From Histomonas meleagridis 2922-C6/04-290x (lineage: Eukaryota; Protista; Parabasalia): a stretch of 64,000 nt of DNA. Made by a program: the position numbers and the translations under genes. This document shows positions 22,193 to 31,885 of this stretch, piece after piece (position 1 is the first letter of the stretch; every line of letters begins with the position of its first letter). The DNA is taken from the NCBI GenBank assembly GCA_020184695.1, contig JAANOX010000104.1, positions 96,520 to 160,519 on the forward strand, written 5' to 3'. Below the pieces are notes generated by a model that was not told the origin of the DNA, ran no database searches, and saw only the letters and a program-made list of their open reading frames with translations.

Positions 22193-23011
22193 ATGAAAGT
22201 TTGGTTTGTTACAGGAACATCAACAGGAATTGGCCACGAACTTGTTAAACTTCTTCTTGCACGTGGCGATAAAGTTATTGCAACATCTCGAACACCCGAA
22301 AAATTAATAGCTTCCATTGGCCCTGTTTCAGAAAACTTCCTTCCAATTGCACTTGACCTCAATTCTGAGGAGAATATCAAGTCTGTTGTTTCCAAATCTA
22401 TTGAACATTTTGGTCATATTGATGTTCTTGTCAATAATGCTGGTTACGGACAAAATGGTACATTTGAAGAAACTTCTGAGGAATCTATCCGCAAAAACTT
22501 CGAAATTAACTTCTTTGCTCCTCTTCGTATTATTCGTGAAATAATGCCACATTTCAGGTCACGTAAAAGTGGTACCATTTTCAATGTCGCATCTATTGCA
22601 GCCTTCCATTCCTTCTATGGCATGGGCACATATTCTGCAGCTAAGATGGCACTTCGTGGAATGACGATTGGAATGCGTGATGAATTTAAGCATTTCGGAG
22701 TTCGTACATGTTGTGTTGCTCCAGGTCCATTCAAGACTGCATTTTATGACCAAAGTGGTCAATCTGATATTGTTATTGATGATTATGAAGAACTCCGTAA
22801 GACTCTTCCACCACGTGTTATGAAGTGGAAATGGGAAGACAATGTAAAGGGAGCTCAGCTTATCATCGATGCAAATGAATTAGATGAAATTCCAGAAACA
22901 TTGTTCTTAGGAAAAGTTGCAATCGATGTCGTAAGAGGAGACCTAAAGAAAATTAATGACGAAATGGATAAATATGAAGAAATGTGTTCACATTGTGGAG
23001 CAGAGTTATAA
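22193..23011 (+). CDS. Classical short-chain dehydrogenase/reductase (SDR)
   Basis: TGTSTGIG cofactor motif, DVLVNNAG, catalytic S...YSAAK, VAPGPFKT. Confidence 0.93.
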   Translation: MKVWFVTGTSTGIGHELVKLLLARGDKVIATSRTPEKLIASIGPVSENFLPIALDLNSEENIKSVVSKSIEHFGHIDVLVNNAGYGQNGTFEETSEESIRKNFEINFFAPLRIIREIMPHFRSRKSGTIFNVASIAAFHSFYGMGTYSAAKMALRGMTIGMRDEFKHFGVRTCCVAPGPFKTAFYDQSGQSDIVIDDYEELRKTLPPRVMKWKWEDNVKGAQLIIDANELDEIPETLFLGKVAIDVVRGDLKKINDEMDKYEEMCSHCGAEL

Positions 23012-23194
23012 ACAGTTTAGTAAAAACTGAAAGATTCAAAATATTCATTATATATTTTAATTAAAATTTTCAAGCTATCTAAAAATAAAATATTAATTTA
23101 TCAAAATAAGAGATGTTTTTGTCCTAATTATGCGTGATGACAAATATAAAATATTAAAAAGAATGATTAGTTTCAAAGTTTATTTAGTTTTCTG

Positions 23195-24714
23195 TTATGT
23201 TGAAGCATTCTCTAGAAATAATTGAACTATTTCATTATAATTTTTTTCACATGCAAGTATAAATGCTGTATTAAATGTTTTAAATGATTTCCATAACTTA
23301 TTTTTAAATTTTATATTATTTAGTTAAACATCAAAGTTTTTAAGCGGACATCACGAATATTGATATCAATACCTTTTTGTTCAAGAAGTAATTTCACTAT
23401 TTCAGTAAAACCATTTGCAGATGCTATCATTAAAGCTGTCCAGAAAAATAGAAATAATTTCCATATATTATTTTTGAAACAGGATAAAATAATTGAAATA
23501 AATTTTAAATGAAAAAAATAAAAATTTTTTGCATTGATATCTATTCCTTCTTGTTCAAGAAGTAGTTTGACGATATTTGTGTAACCTTTTGCAGTTGCGA
23601 TCATAAGTGCCGTTTTAAACAATTACTATAATCTCCAAATATTATTTTTTGAATATTAAACTATTAGAATATATTTTAAATTAAAAAAATAATTTCCTTT
23701 TTCATTAAAAATGATATCATCTCGTTTAAGTAGTTCTTTAACTATTATATAATTACCATTATCACAAGCAAGCATAAGCGATGTTTCAAATATTTTGATT
23801 GATTTCCACATATTATCTTAAAATATAAAATTATTTAAAGAAATTTTAAGTTAAATAAATAAAGAGCTTTATCATTGATATTAATTTCTTTATGCTTGAG
23901 AAGTAATTTAACAATTTCTATATAATTATTTAAAACAGCTATTAGAAGTAATGTTCTATATAAAATGAATATATTTTAAATACATTCGTAAAACATTAAA
24001 TTATTAAAATAAATTTTAATAAAAACGAATAAATATCTCGATCATTAATGTCAATTCCTTCTTTTTCAAGAAGCATTTTAACTAATATAGTATTGCCATT
24101 TTCACATGCAAGCATAAGTGCTGTTTCAAATTATTAAGATATTCTTCAAAAATTTTTATGATATATCGAATTATTAAATAAAGTATTAAATTGGATAAAT
24201 TAATATTTTTGTCATTGAAATCAATTCCTTTTTTCTCAAGAAGTAATTTTGCTATACTATTATTTCCATTTTCAGCTGCAATCATAAGTGCTGTGTTAAA
24301 TAATTTTAATAATTTCCAAATATATTCATTTAATGAGAAATATATAAAGCAAATAATAAATAAAAGAATAAAACATCTTTTTTATTGAAATCAATTCTTT
24401 TTAGACCAAGAAGTAATTTGATGACTTTTTCATGATTATTTTGAGATGCAATCATAAGTGCTGTTTGAAATAAATAAAATTATTTCCAAATATTAATATT
24501 TAATAAAAAAATATTAAGATAAACATTTAAAAGAACAAATAAACATTTATTGCATTAATATCAATTCTTTTTTGTCTAAGAAGTAATTCAACTATTTCGG
24601 GATAACCTTTTTCAGATGCAATCATAAGTGCAGTTTGAAACAATTTAAATAAGTTTTAATAATAATTTTAAAACATATAATTATTAAAAGAAATTTCAAA
24701 TAAAACAAATTAAC
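23195..24714 (-). repeat. Array of 9 ankyrin-repeat cores (90 nt each; last one 75 nt ending in TAA), each preceded by an 80-84-nt AT-rich spacer
   Basis: Cores at 24634-24545, 24464-24375, 24294-24205, 24124-24035, 23954-23865, 23784-23695, 23613-23524, 23439-23350 and 23269-23195. They read TALMIAS.KG..EIV.LLL.QKGIDIN.KD with no internal stops; period 170 nt. Confidence 0.9.
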
Positions 24715-26028
24715 ATCTTTTTCATTAATATTTATTTTTCCTTGCTCAATAATATATTTAACAAGTTCAATATTTCCGGATGCTGATGAAAATATCAAAG
24801 TAAATTTTGGCATTTTATTATTTTGCAAAAAATGCTTAATAAGATATAAGTTTCCAAGTTTGGCTGCTTCGTATATAATCATTTCATCAATTTTCATTTC
24901 TTCTTTTTCTAGGAATGAAAGAATTTCATAATTATCACTTATAACACAAAAATATTTTAGATCATTAATGTTCTTTGGTTTCATTTGAACGTTTGCTTGT
25001 TGTCTATTTAATGTTACATTGAAAGATAATCGAGTTCCTGAATTTGATGAATTTTGGAATTTTTCAAATTTATTTTCATAAATATATTTAAAGATTTCAT
25101 TTTGATGAAATGTAATAGCAGTATAATACGCACCTTTAAATGATGAATGATTTTGTTCACATATATGAACTATTTCAAGATTCCCACCTGCAACTGCATA
25201 TTTACCTGTTTCCTTTATTTTCGATTTGTTTAATAATAAATACCTAAAACACTTAATTGATCCAAAAAATGCTGCATAATCAATAAGTGGAATATATTCT
25301 TGGTTAATAAACGAATATCTTTCATAAAGTGATGGTTCTATTGTCTGTTTGAAATTAAATTTTGTTTGTGATGAAATTTCTTGAAGTTTTTCAACATTAT
25401 CGTTTCGAATTATTTTTGCAATTTCATTTGGATTAACTCCTTCTTGAACATATCTCTTATGAAGTTCAAAATCATTTTGTGCTAATTCATCATAACTATT
25501 CACGAATGATCTTTCTATTGGATCAATATATTCCGAGTTTTTGTTTTCTATTTCTGTTTTATATTGTGCAAAATATTTTGATGATATATGTTTAGTAATG
25601 TTTTCATGAATTAAATTTCTTTCAATCATTTGCTCAATTAGGTAATATGCTTCTTGTGATTTAATATCAGATATATATTTAATAAAGATTTCTAAGATTT
25701 TAGGATAATCTTTGCTTATTTCTTCTTCTTTCACTTGAATTATTTTAACATATTGTAAGTATATATTGATTTCATTCCTTTTTGAGTAAAATGAGAAATA
25801 TATCAAATTACTTATAACTAAATTGAAAGAATATGGAAAATTCAAATCAAATATATTCATCGTTTTTTCAACTGATATTTCGAGATTTTCTTCTGTTAGA
25901 TTTAATATAATTTGCTGTAGCGTTATTAGTAATTCAATATAGTTTCTAAGATAGTTAGAGGCTTCATTTTTTCTTTTTAATGGGTCCTTAATAGTATTGA
26001 TATTATTTTGGTTGCAATCCTTTATCAT
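24622..26028 (-). CDS. DUF3447-type/ankyrin-repeat protein, N-terminal part; true C-terminus probably the downstream interrupted ankyrin array
   Basis: IIRNDN..LQEI, LIDYAAFFGSIKCFRYLL, YAVAGGNLEIVHI, EAAKLGN, SSASGNIELVKYII..KININEKD motifs typical of the trichomonad ankyrin expansion. The ORF ends only because the first 80-nt spacer shifts the frame. Confidence 0.85.
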   Translation of the reverse strand: MIKDCNQNNINTIKDPLKRKNEASNYLRNYIELLITLQQIILNLTEENLEISVEKTMNIFDLNFPYSFNLVISNLIYFSFYSKRNEINIYLQYVKIIQVKEEEISKDYPKILEIFIKYISDIKSQEAYYLIEQMIERNLIHENITKHISSKYFAQYKTEIENKNSEYIDPIERSFVNSYDELAQNDFELHKRYVQEGVNPNEIAKIIRNDNVEKLQEISSQTKFNFKQTIEPSLYERYSFINQEYIPLIDYAAFFGSIKCFRYLLLNKSKIKETGKYAVAGGNLEIVHICEQNHSSFKGAYYTAITFHQNEIFKYIYENKFEKFQNSSNSGTRLSFNVTLNRQQANVQMKPKNINDLKYFCVISDNYEILSFLEKEEMKIDEMIIYEAAKLGNLYLIKHFLQNNKMPKFTLIFSSASGNIELVKYIIEQGKININEKDVNLFYLKFLLIIICFKIIIKTYLNCFKLHL

Positions 26029-26234
26029 TGAGCATTAAAAATGATTTGTCAGAGTCAACCACAACATTCAAAAAGTTATTTCAAATTGTTAACAATATCG
26101 ACTTTTCTAATTATTGGTGATGAAGCTGTTCAATGTTTAATCCTCATGGTGATATTCTAAAAATTTACAAAGTTAGCATGTCATCACTCATATAAAGGAA
26201 ACTCTCTTTGATATGTTTATGTTTAAAAAAAAAA

Positions 26235-26600
26235 TTATAATGATTCATCATAACCATCATTTGTGTTAGGTAAAACGCATTTAGTTGATCCTTCGGATTT
26301 TTCGCTAATCGTTCCATCTGGGCATTTCAAACAAGTCACGAAAGAAGATGAATCAGTGGAATTTGAGAAATAACCATTTGGACATGGTTTACACTTTTTA
26401 GTACCTTCTTCATCAGAATAATATCCATCAGGACATTGTGTGCATTCTCTTGATTCTGGTATTGGACTAAAAAATCCTTTTGGACATTTAACACAATGAT
26501 GTTCTGTTCCACGTGGCCAATATTCACCTGATCTGCATGGCTTGCAGTCATCACAATATGCATTACCAGAATGTAGATAGCATAAAAACAACCCAAACAT
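26235..26600 (-). CDS. Small secreted Cys-rich protein with about 4 GCC2/GCC3 (ephrin-receptor-like) repeats
   Basis: Short hydrophobic N-terminus, then C..C..G.Y/F repeats (CKPCRSGEY, CVKCPKGFF, CTQCPDGYY, CKPCPNGYF, CLKCPDGT). Confidence 0.75.
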   Translation of the reverse strand: MFGLFLCYLHSGNAYCDDCKPCRSGEYWPRGTEHHCVKCPKGFFSPIPESRECTQCPDGYYSDEEGTKKCKPCPNGYFSNSTDSSSFVTCLKCPDGTISEKSEGSTKCVLPNTNDGYDESL

Positions 26601-26756
26601 TATTTTTTATAAGCAAACGATCATTTTTTATTCAATGCAAAAGGGTACCCCAGTTCTAAAACTTAAAAAGTGAAAATTTCACAAAATTTCAATATTGAAA
26701 ATGTTGAATCATGATTCCAAGCTTTACATATATTTGAAAGCACGATAGGAAAAATC

Positions 26757-27581
26757 TTATTTGCTTTTGATTTGTTGAGCACTTGGCCTTCTGGAGCTTG
26801 CTTTATGTATCGATTCAAGCTCATTTTGTTTCTCTACAAGCTGGGCCTCGAGTTCAGATTTCCTTTGCGTTAGCTCCTCTTTTTGCTTTTTAAGTTGCAA
26901 CATTTTTCTTTGATAAGAGTTTTTTTCACGATTTTGTTGTTCTTCCAATTGTTGCCGCCTTTTTTCCAAAGCATCCAAAGCTTTGTCCAGTTCATCTTCT
27001 GATGGTATTTGTTGTGATTCATTTTTGTTCTTAGCTTCTTGAGTTTGTTTAATTTGACCCTTTAGTCTACGGTTTTCTGCAAGAAGAGTATGTCTTCGTT
27101 CCTCCAATACTTTGATCTCTTTTTGAGCGGCCTGTAGTTGGTTTTTTAGTTTAAGAACACTTTGCTGTGCTTCAATAGATTCATCACTATTTTCATGGTT
27201 CATTTGTCGTAGGGCTTTAATTTGCCGCTTTGATGTATCAACTAAAACGGAATTTTCGGTTTCAAGTTCTGCCAATTGCTTTTTTTTTGCTGATATTTTA
27301 TCGCGGATGGTTCGAGAATCATACTTTTTTTGGATTGAAGAAAATGCTGAGTTACACCGTTTTTCAATTGTTCCAAATTTTCCTGATAATATTATGTACA
27401 TAGTATCGTACGATTGACTTGTTGTAAAATCTACTAAAGGAAGTTGTGGCATATTAATTTTTGCTTTATTCATCAGGCCTTCTAACATTTTATCTAACAT
27501 ACAAATTTTTGTTCTGATTTCTGAACTCAGATCTATTTTACTTTCTTTTTGCATTAAGAAAATAACGTTCTCCAAACACAA
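26757..27581 (-). CDS. Coiled-coil protein of unknown function (5' end uncertain)
   Basis: K/E/Q-rich heptads. The ORF track starts at a TTG; an upstream ATG at 27643 is out of frame. Confidence 0.7.
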   Translation of the reverse strand: MCLENVIFLMQKESKIDLSSEIRTKICMLDKMLEGLMNKAKINMPQLPLVDFTTSQSYDTMYIILSGKFGTIEKRCNSAFSSIQKKYDSRTIRDKISAKKKQLAELETENSVLVDTSKRQIKALRQMNHENSDESIEAQQSVLKLKNQLQAAQKEIKVLEERRHTLLAENRRLKGQIKQTQEAKNKNESQQIPSEDELDKALDALEKRRQQLEEQQNREKNSYQRKMLQLKKQKEELTQRKSELEAQLVEKQNELESIHKASSRRPSAQQIKSK

Positions 27582-27867
27582 ATATCCAAAAATAAATTTG
27601 ATGAATCTCTCTTATTTTTAACATAATTTAATTTATCTCTCATATTATTTATGTGTTCCTTCATTATTATCCATGAATAATTTATTTATTGTTCAAATTA
27701 CCTATATATTTCCTTATAAAAACAATATTTTTTTAATAGAAGATTTCATTATAATGTTGATAATCTGTTGCATGAATATGAGCCATAATTTTTGGCCAAA
27801 AAATGAAAAACAAATCTGAATTTTAATGTCTTCCATTAAAAACAATTAAAATCAAAAAATTTCTCAT

Positions 27868-28779
27868 CTAAGGATTTATTAACACTTGATATTTATCATC
27901 ATCTTCATGATAGATTTTCATACTTTTCTTCTTTCTTATTGACATATGTTTTCTTAACCAAAGTACGGCGAACACAACCCAAGTTAATGCTATCAATAAA
28001 ACAGTAATATAGATTATTAGCTCGGTTTCATCAACTTTTTTATCAAAGCATTTGTTTTTCACTTCTTTGCCTTCAAGTGCTTGAACAGAAACACCGTTAT
28101 CATAACTAACGTGAGCGAAGAATGAGTGCACACACTTAGAATAATATTCTTCGTCGTCATGTTTTTTAAAGCGTTCAAAATAAAAACGACCACCTGACCC
28201 ACTCTTATTGAAAGCAATGAAAAATGAGCCGGTAACATCAGCTTCACAATTACTATTGCGACACATAGGTGTTGGAATGGATGTTGAAAGCGATGTGTAA
28301 AGTGAAGATACTGCAGTATCTTCAGGTCTAATTCCAAAATTAAGCTTGACTTTATGGAGGTTACTTAAAGGTGAGAAAATACAAAGTAAAAAAGAATCAT
28401 CTTTAACATGAAAATTGTATCTGATATATTTACCTGCCATGAAAAAGAGCGCATGGGTGGGACAGATGGTAGAAGGAATAACCCAGTATTGGAGATAGAC
28501 AGAGTTATTGTAATTTATGAATTCTATTGATGTATTTTCTAAAAATGAAAAAGCATAAGCTTTGTCAATCATATTTGGTGTATAAGTACGTGAATCATTC
28601 TTTGCAATAGTAAACTTGATATGTTTTTGCATATTTTCAGAAAACATTAAAAATAATTCATATCCATCTTCGAATTTTGTAAGTATTTGATCATTTGGAT
28701 GAATTAGTAATGAACCAAATTTTTGATCTCCAATATCTATAGTATCACTAAGTGACAAAGTGAGCAAGAAAATAAACAT
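27868..28779 (-). CDS. Type-I membrane protein, unknown function
   Basis: Signal-peptide-like MFIFLLTLSLS; TM helix LIIYITVLLIALTWVVFAVLWL followed by RKHMSIRKKK. Confidence 0.8.
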   Translation of the reverse strand: MFIFLLTLSLSDTIDIGDQKFGSLLIHPNDQILTKFEDGYELFLMFSENMQKHIKFTIAKNDSRTYTPNMIDKAYAFSFLENTSIEFINYNNSVYLQYWVIPSTICPTHALFFMAGKYIRYNFHVKDDSFLLCIFSPLSNLHKVKLNFGIRPEDTAVSSLYTSLSTSIPTPMCRNSNCEADVTGSFFIAFNKSGSGGRFYFERFKKHDDEEYYSKCVHSFFAHVSYDNGVSVQALEGKEVKNKCFDKKVDETELIIYITVLLIALTWVVFAVLWLRKHMSIRKKKSMKIYHEDDDKYQVLINP

Positions 28780-29095
28780 CTTTATTGCATTATAATTTAA
28801 AATTTTGTGAAGTGATTTCAGTAATTTACAAAACTTGGTGCTCCATCACAATTGTAGATATTAGTGACCGTTAACACCCCAATATTATAACCCGATATGG
28901 GGTTATATTGGTAATAAGATAGGAATTCAAATGCTATCGATTTTAATACAAAAATTGGGACCGTTTCAAGTTTTCTTAGGTTTGAACATGATCAGTATTC
29001 AAATCAGGACGAAGAACTTTGTAGGGATTAAAAGAAAAAGCGATTACAACGTATTTCGAAATTTTCAATGAACTGAAAACTGGTTATATTTTTCA

Positions 29096-30400
29096 ATGAA
29101 ACAAAGATTATTGGACAATTCAACATTATATCTACGCGAATTGTATCATCTGATAAATTCAGAAAAATATCCTAATGCTGTGCCAACAATTGGGCGCATT
29201 TTAAATCCACAAAATGAAGGATCTGAAACCCAAGGTCACCAAATTGTTGCAGTTAACGAAATTTTTATAGACCAAGAACATCATGAGTACCGAATAATTG
29301 ATGTTTTGGGTCAAGGAACTTTTTCATATGTATACAAATGTCAACTAATTTCGAGGCCAAACGAATTTTATGCCCTCAAAATCATCAAGAATCTACCTCA
29401 GTATTATGAAGCGGGCATTTCAGAAATTTCCATTCATGAGATATTAAAAAAATCCAAACCACATCCTGGTAAAAAATATATTTCCAAGCTTCTATCAACC
29501 TTCGAAGTTGGTGGCCATATTTGTATGATTTCACCATTATATAATCGTTCATTATTTGAAGGATTATGGCAAAATGACATAATTGAAATCCTTGAAGGCA
29601 TTCGAAACATTATGCAGCAACTTCTCCTTGCTTTAGATTTCATGCATACTAATGGTATCATTCATTGTGACATCAAACCAGATAATATATTATTTACTGA
29701 TGACTTTACCACAGATATCGTCGTTGTTGATTTTGGATCAGCCACAACAGATCCCTCAGGGGTAGGGCAGTATTTACAGTCACGATTTTATCGAAGTCCA
29801 GAAGTAATTCTTGGACTTCCATATAATCAGCTAATTGATATATGGAGCGCAGGTTGTATTGCTGCTGAACTTTATTTAGATTTTGTTTTATTTGCTTGTG
29901 AGAATGAAGGCGATTGTCTTTATTCGATGATTGGTTTACTTGGTCCAATTCCTGATTCTGTTATTCAATTATCACGTAATTGGTGGAAATATTATAACAT
30001 GACTCCACATATGTTTCAACTTAAAGGAGATCCATGTTATTATCTTTTACACAAACATTATTATCATGAAGTGTTCGAACAAAATGGAATTACATCATTA
30101 ACAGAAATGATCGAACATCATCATCGAATAGAATCGGATGAAACATTGAAGAAAGTCGAATGTTTCGCAGATTTCGTAAGAAGATTATTGGATTATGACC
30201 CAAGAAGTAGAGTCACCGCTGAGCAGGCATTGCAGCATCCATTCATAAAGGGAGAAGTAAACTTCGAAAAATGGATGCCGCCAATTGCGAAAAGACCGGG
30301 CTTTTGCGTCGCAAGAAGAATGTTATTTCCGAATTGTTTCAGAAAGATTCATTCAGATGGTGAAATTCTTTCAAGAAACAATTTCTTAACGCTGATATAA
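29096..30400 (+). CDS. CMGC kinase, DYRK/YAK1-like
   Basis: LGQGTFSYV, ALKIIKN, IHCDIKPDNIL, DFGSA, YLQSRFYRSPEVILGLPY, IDIWSAGCIAAEL. Confidence 0.92.
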   Translation: MKQRLLDNSTLYLRELYHLINSEKYPNAVPTIGRILNPQNEGSETQGHQIVAVNEIFIDQEHHEYRIIDVLGQGTFSYVYKCQLISRPNEFYALKIIKNLPQYYEAGISEISIHEILKKSKPHPGKKYISKLLSTFEVGGHICMISPLYNRSLFEGLWQNDIIEILEGIRNIMQQLLLALDFMHTNGIIHCDIKPDNILFTDDFTTDIVVVDFGSATTDPSGVGQYLQSRFYRSPEVILGLPYNQLIDIWSAGCIAAELYLDFVLFACENEGDCLYSMIGLLGPIPDSVIQLSRNWWKYYNMTPHMFQLKGDPCYYLLHKHYYHEVFEQNGITSLTEMIEHHHRIESDETLKKVECFADFVRRLLDYDPRSRVTAEQALQHPFIKGEVNFEKWMPPIAKRPGFCVARRMLFPNCFRKIHSDGEILSRNNFLTLI

Positions 30401-30680
30401 AAAATATCATGTTTTTAAATAATCGATTCCATGAATTCATTTTTTGGTTATTTTATTTACGAAAAGTATATGTTATGGATTAAATCGAAATATTTCGATT
30501 TATCTATGCATACCTGCGGCATAAAGCATTTTGAATATTTTGGGAGAAATTTGTTGGTTACGGTAAATAATAACTTTTACATCTAGTTTAAGATTTTTAA
30601 TTATAATTTTTATGTTTTTGATGAGTTTCAAATTTAAAATGAAATATTGAATTAAATCAGATTTAGCTAAAAATATTTAT

Positions 30681-31796
30681 TTATTCTTGTGGCATTTCGG
30701 AACTTGTGGGCAAAAAGTGAGGAATCATCTTCATTACTTCTTGTGTGTCTCGGATTGCTTGCAACAAGTCGTTCCAAATAGGCGTTGGCTGGCATGCATC
30801 CTGATAACGTTGAACGATTGGCAGAACCGAAGCCAGTTTTTTCCGTACGAAGCTTTTGACTGCTTTTGCCATTTCGTATTGGCAATAAATGCATATGAAG
30901 GGATCAACATCCTGCGAGTTTTGAAGCCGGACGCAATCGACGTGAAGCCATTTCTTGCAAGAATCGCATAAAATCATGACGTCACTTTCATGATTTGAGT
31001 TACATATACACCGTGTCATGTCTTCAGTAATTTGGTCTGTTTCTATGTTATTATCTGTTTGGTTATGTGGATCTGTTGGATCAATATCTGAATTTGTACT
31101 CGTCATATCAGTGGTCATAAGAAAAGTAGACGCGAGGTTGTATTGCCATTCTGGTATTTTAGGTGTGGAAATTTTTCTGCTTTGTGCTGATTGTGGAATT
31201 GCTTTGGTAACGGTCATGGCGGGTTGAATGGTTATTGTTTTCTTCTGTGGCGAAATAGGTGGTGGTGGCGGAGGAGGAGGAGGATTTATTGAAGAAGTCG
31301 GAGGTACCGGAGTAACTTTCTTGACAATAGATTTGGTAACAACTGATTTGGTAAGAGGAGTCGTTAATTTTCGAGAATTTGCTTCTGGTGTGTCAACAAG
31401 TAAAGAAACCATAGATGGTGCCCCACGATGTGTCTTGACTGAAGGAGGCTTACTCTCATTGATTGGGTTAGCAAGAATTTCGATCCTTTTGAATGGACGT
31501 TGAGTTGGTTCAGATGAACTTTCATTTCTTGTGTTTTTTTCTATATTATCATTGAAATCTCCTGATGGTTCTTTTACTTGATTTGCTGGTTGGTCAAATA
31601 CTTGAACGTTATTTAAATTATTTTTTTGCTCTACTTCTCCAGATATTGGCTCATGGATTTCTCTAATTTCTTGAGTTATGTTTTTTTCAACATTACTTGA
31701 TTTCTCTATTTGATGGTTCCCTTCTTGTTGTTCATCAGGAGGTTTTTCGTATTGGTTATTTTCTTCATTTTGATTTGCCTCATCATTTAGAGACAT
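30681..31796 (-). CDS. PHD-finger protein with low-complexity/polyproline N-terminal region
   Basis: C4HC3 finger: TRCICNSNHESDVMILCDSCKKWLHVDCV...FICIYC. Confidence 0.88.
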   Translation of the reverse strand: MSLNDEANQNEENNQYEKPPDEQQEGNHQIEKSSNVEKNITQEIREIHEPISGEVEQKNNLNNVQVFDQPANQVKEPSGDFNDNIEKNTRNESSSEPTQRPFKRIEILANPINESKPPSVKTHRGAPSMVSLLVDTPEANSRKLTTPLTKSVVTKSIVKKVTPVPPTSSINPPPPPPPPPISPQKKTITIQPAMTVTKAIPQSAQSRKISTPKIPEWQYNLASTFLMTTDMTSTNSDIDPTDPHNQTDNNIETDQITEDMTRCICNSNHESDVMILCDSCKKWLHVDCVRLQNSQDVDPFICIYCQYEMAKAVKSFVRKKLASVLPIVQRYQDACQPTPIWNDLLQAIRDTQEVMKMIPHFLPTSSEMPQE

Positions 31797-31885
31797 ATCA
31801 AAATATTTATCGCACTTTTATTAAATGAGGGTGCCCCGAATATGGACCGTTTATTTTTAACGTATATCTGTGACGTTAAGATAAA

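Noticed and set aside
23195-24714. CRISPR-like repeat-spacer array
   Set aside because: The 'repeats' are 90-nt diverged ankyrin-coding units, the spacers are mutually similar AT-rich sequences, the context is eukaryotic, and there are no cas genes.
23270-24714. Canonical GT-AG or AT-AC introns explaining the ankyrin spacers
   Set aside because: GT is present in only 4 of 9 and ACAG in 5 of 9. The GT..ACAG or AT..AC excisions are 84 nt and leave the next core out of frame; there is no ACTAAC branch motif.
28878-28911. Small hairpin CCAATATTATAACCC...GGGTTATATTGG
   Set aside because: Short, imperfect and AT-rich; plausible by chance.
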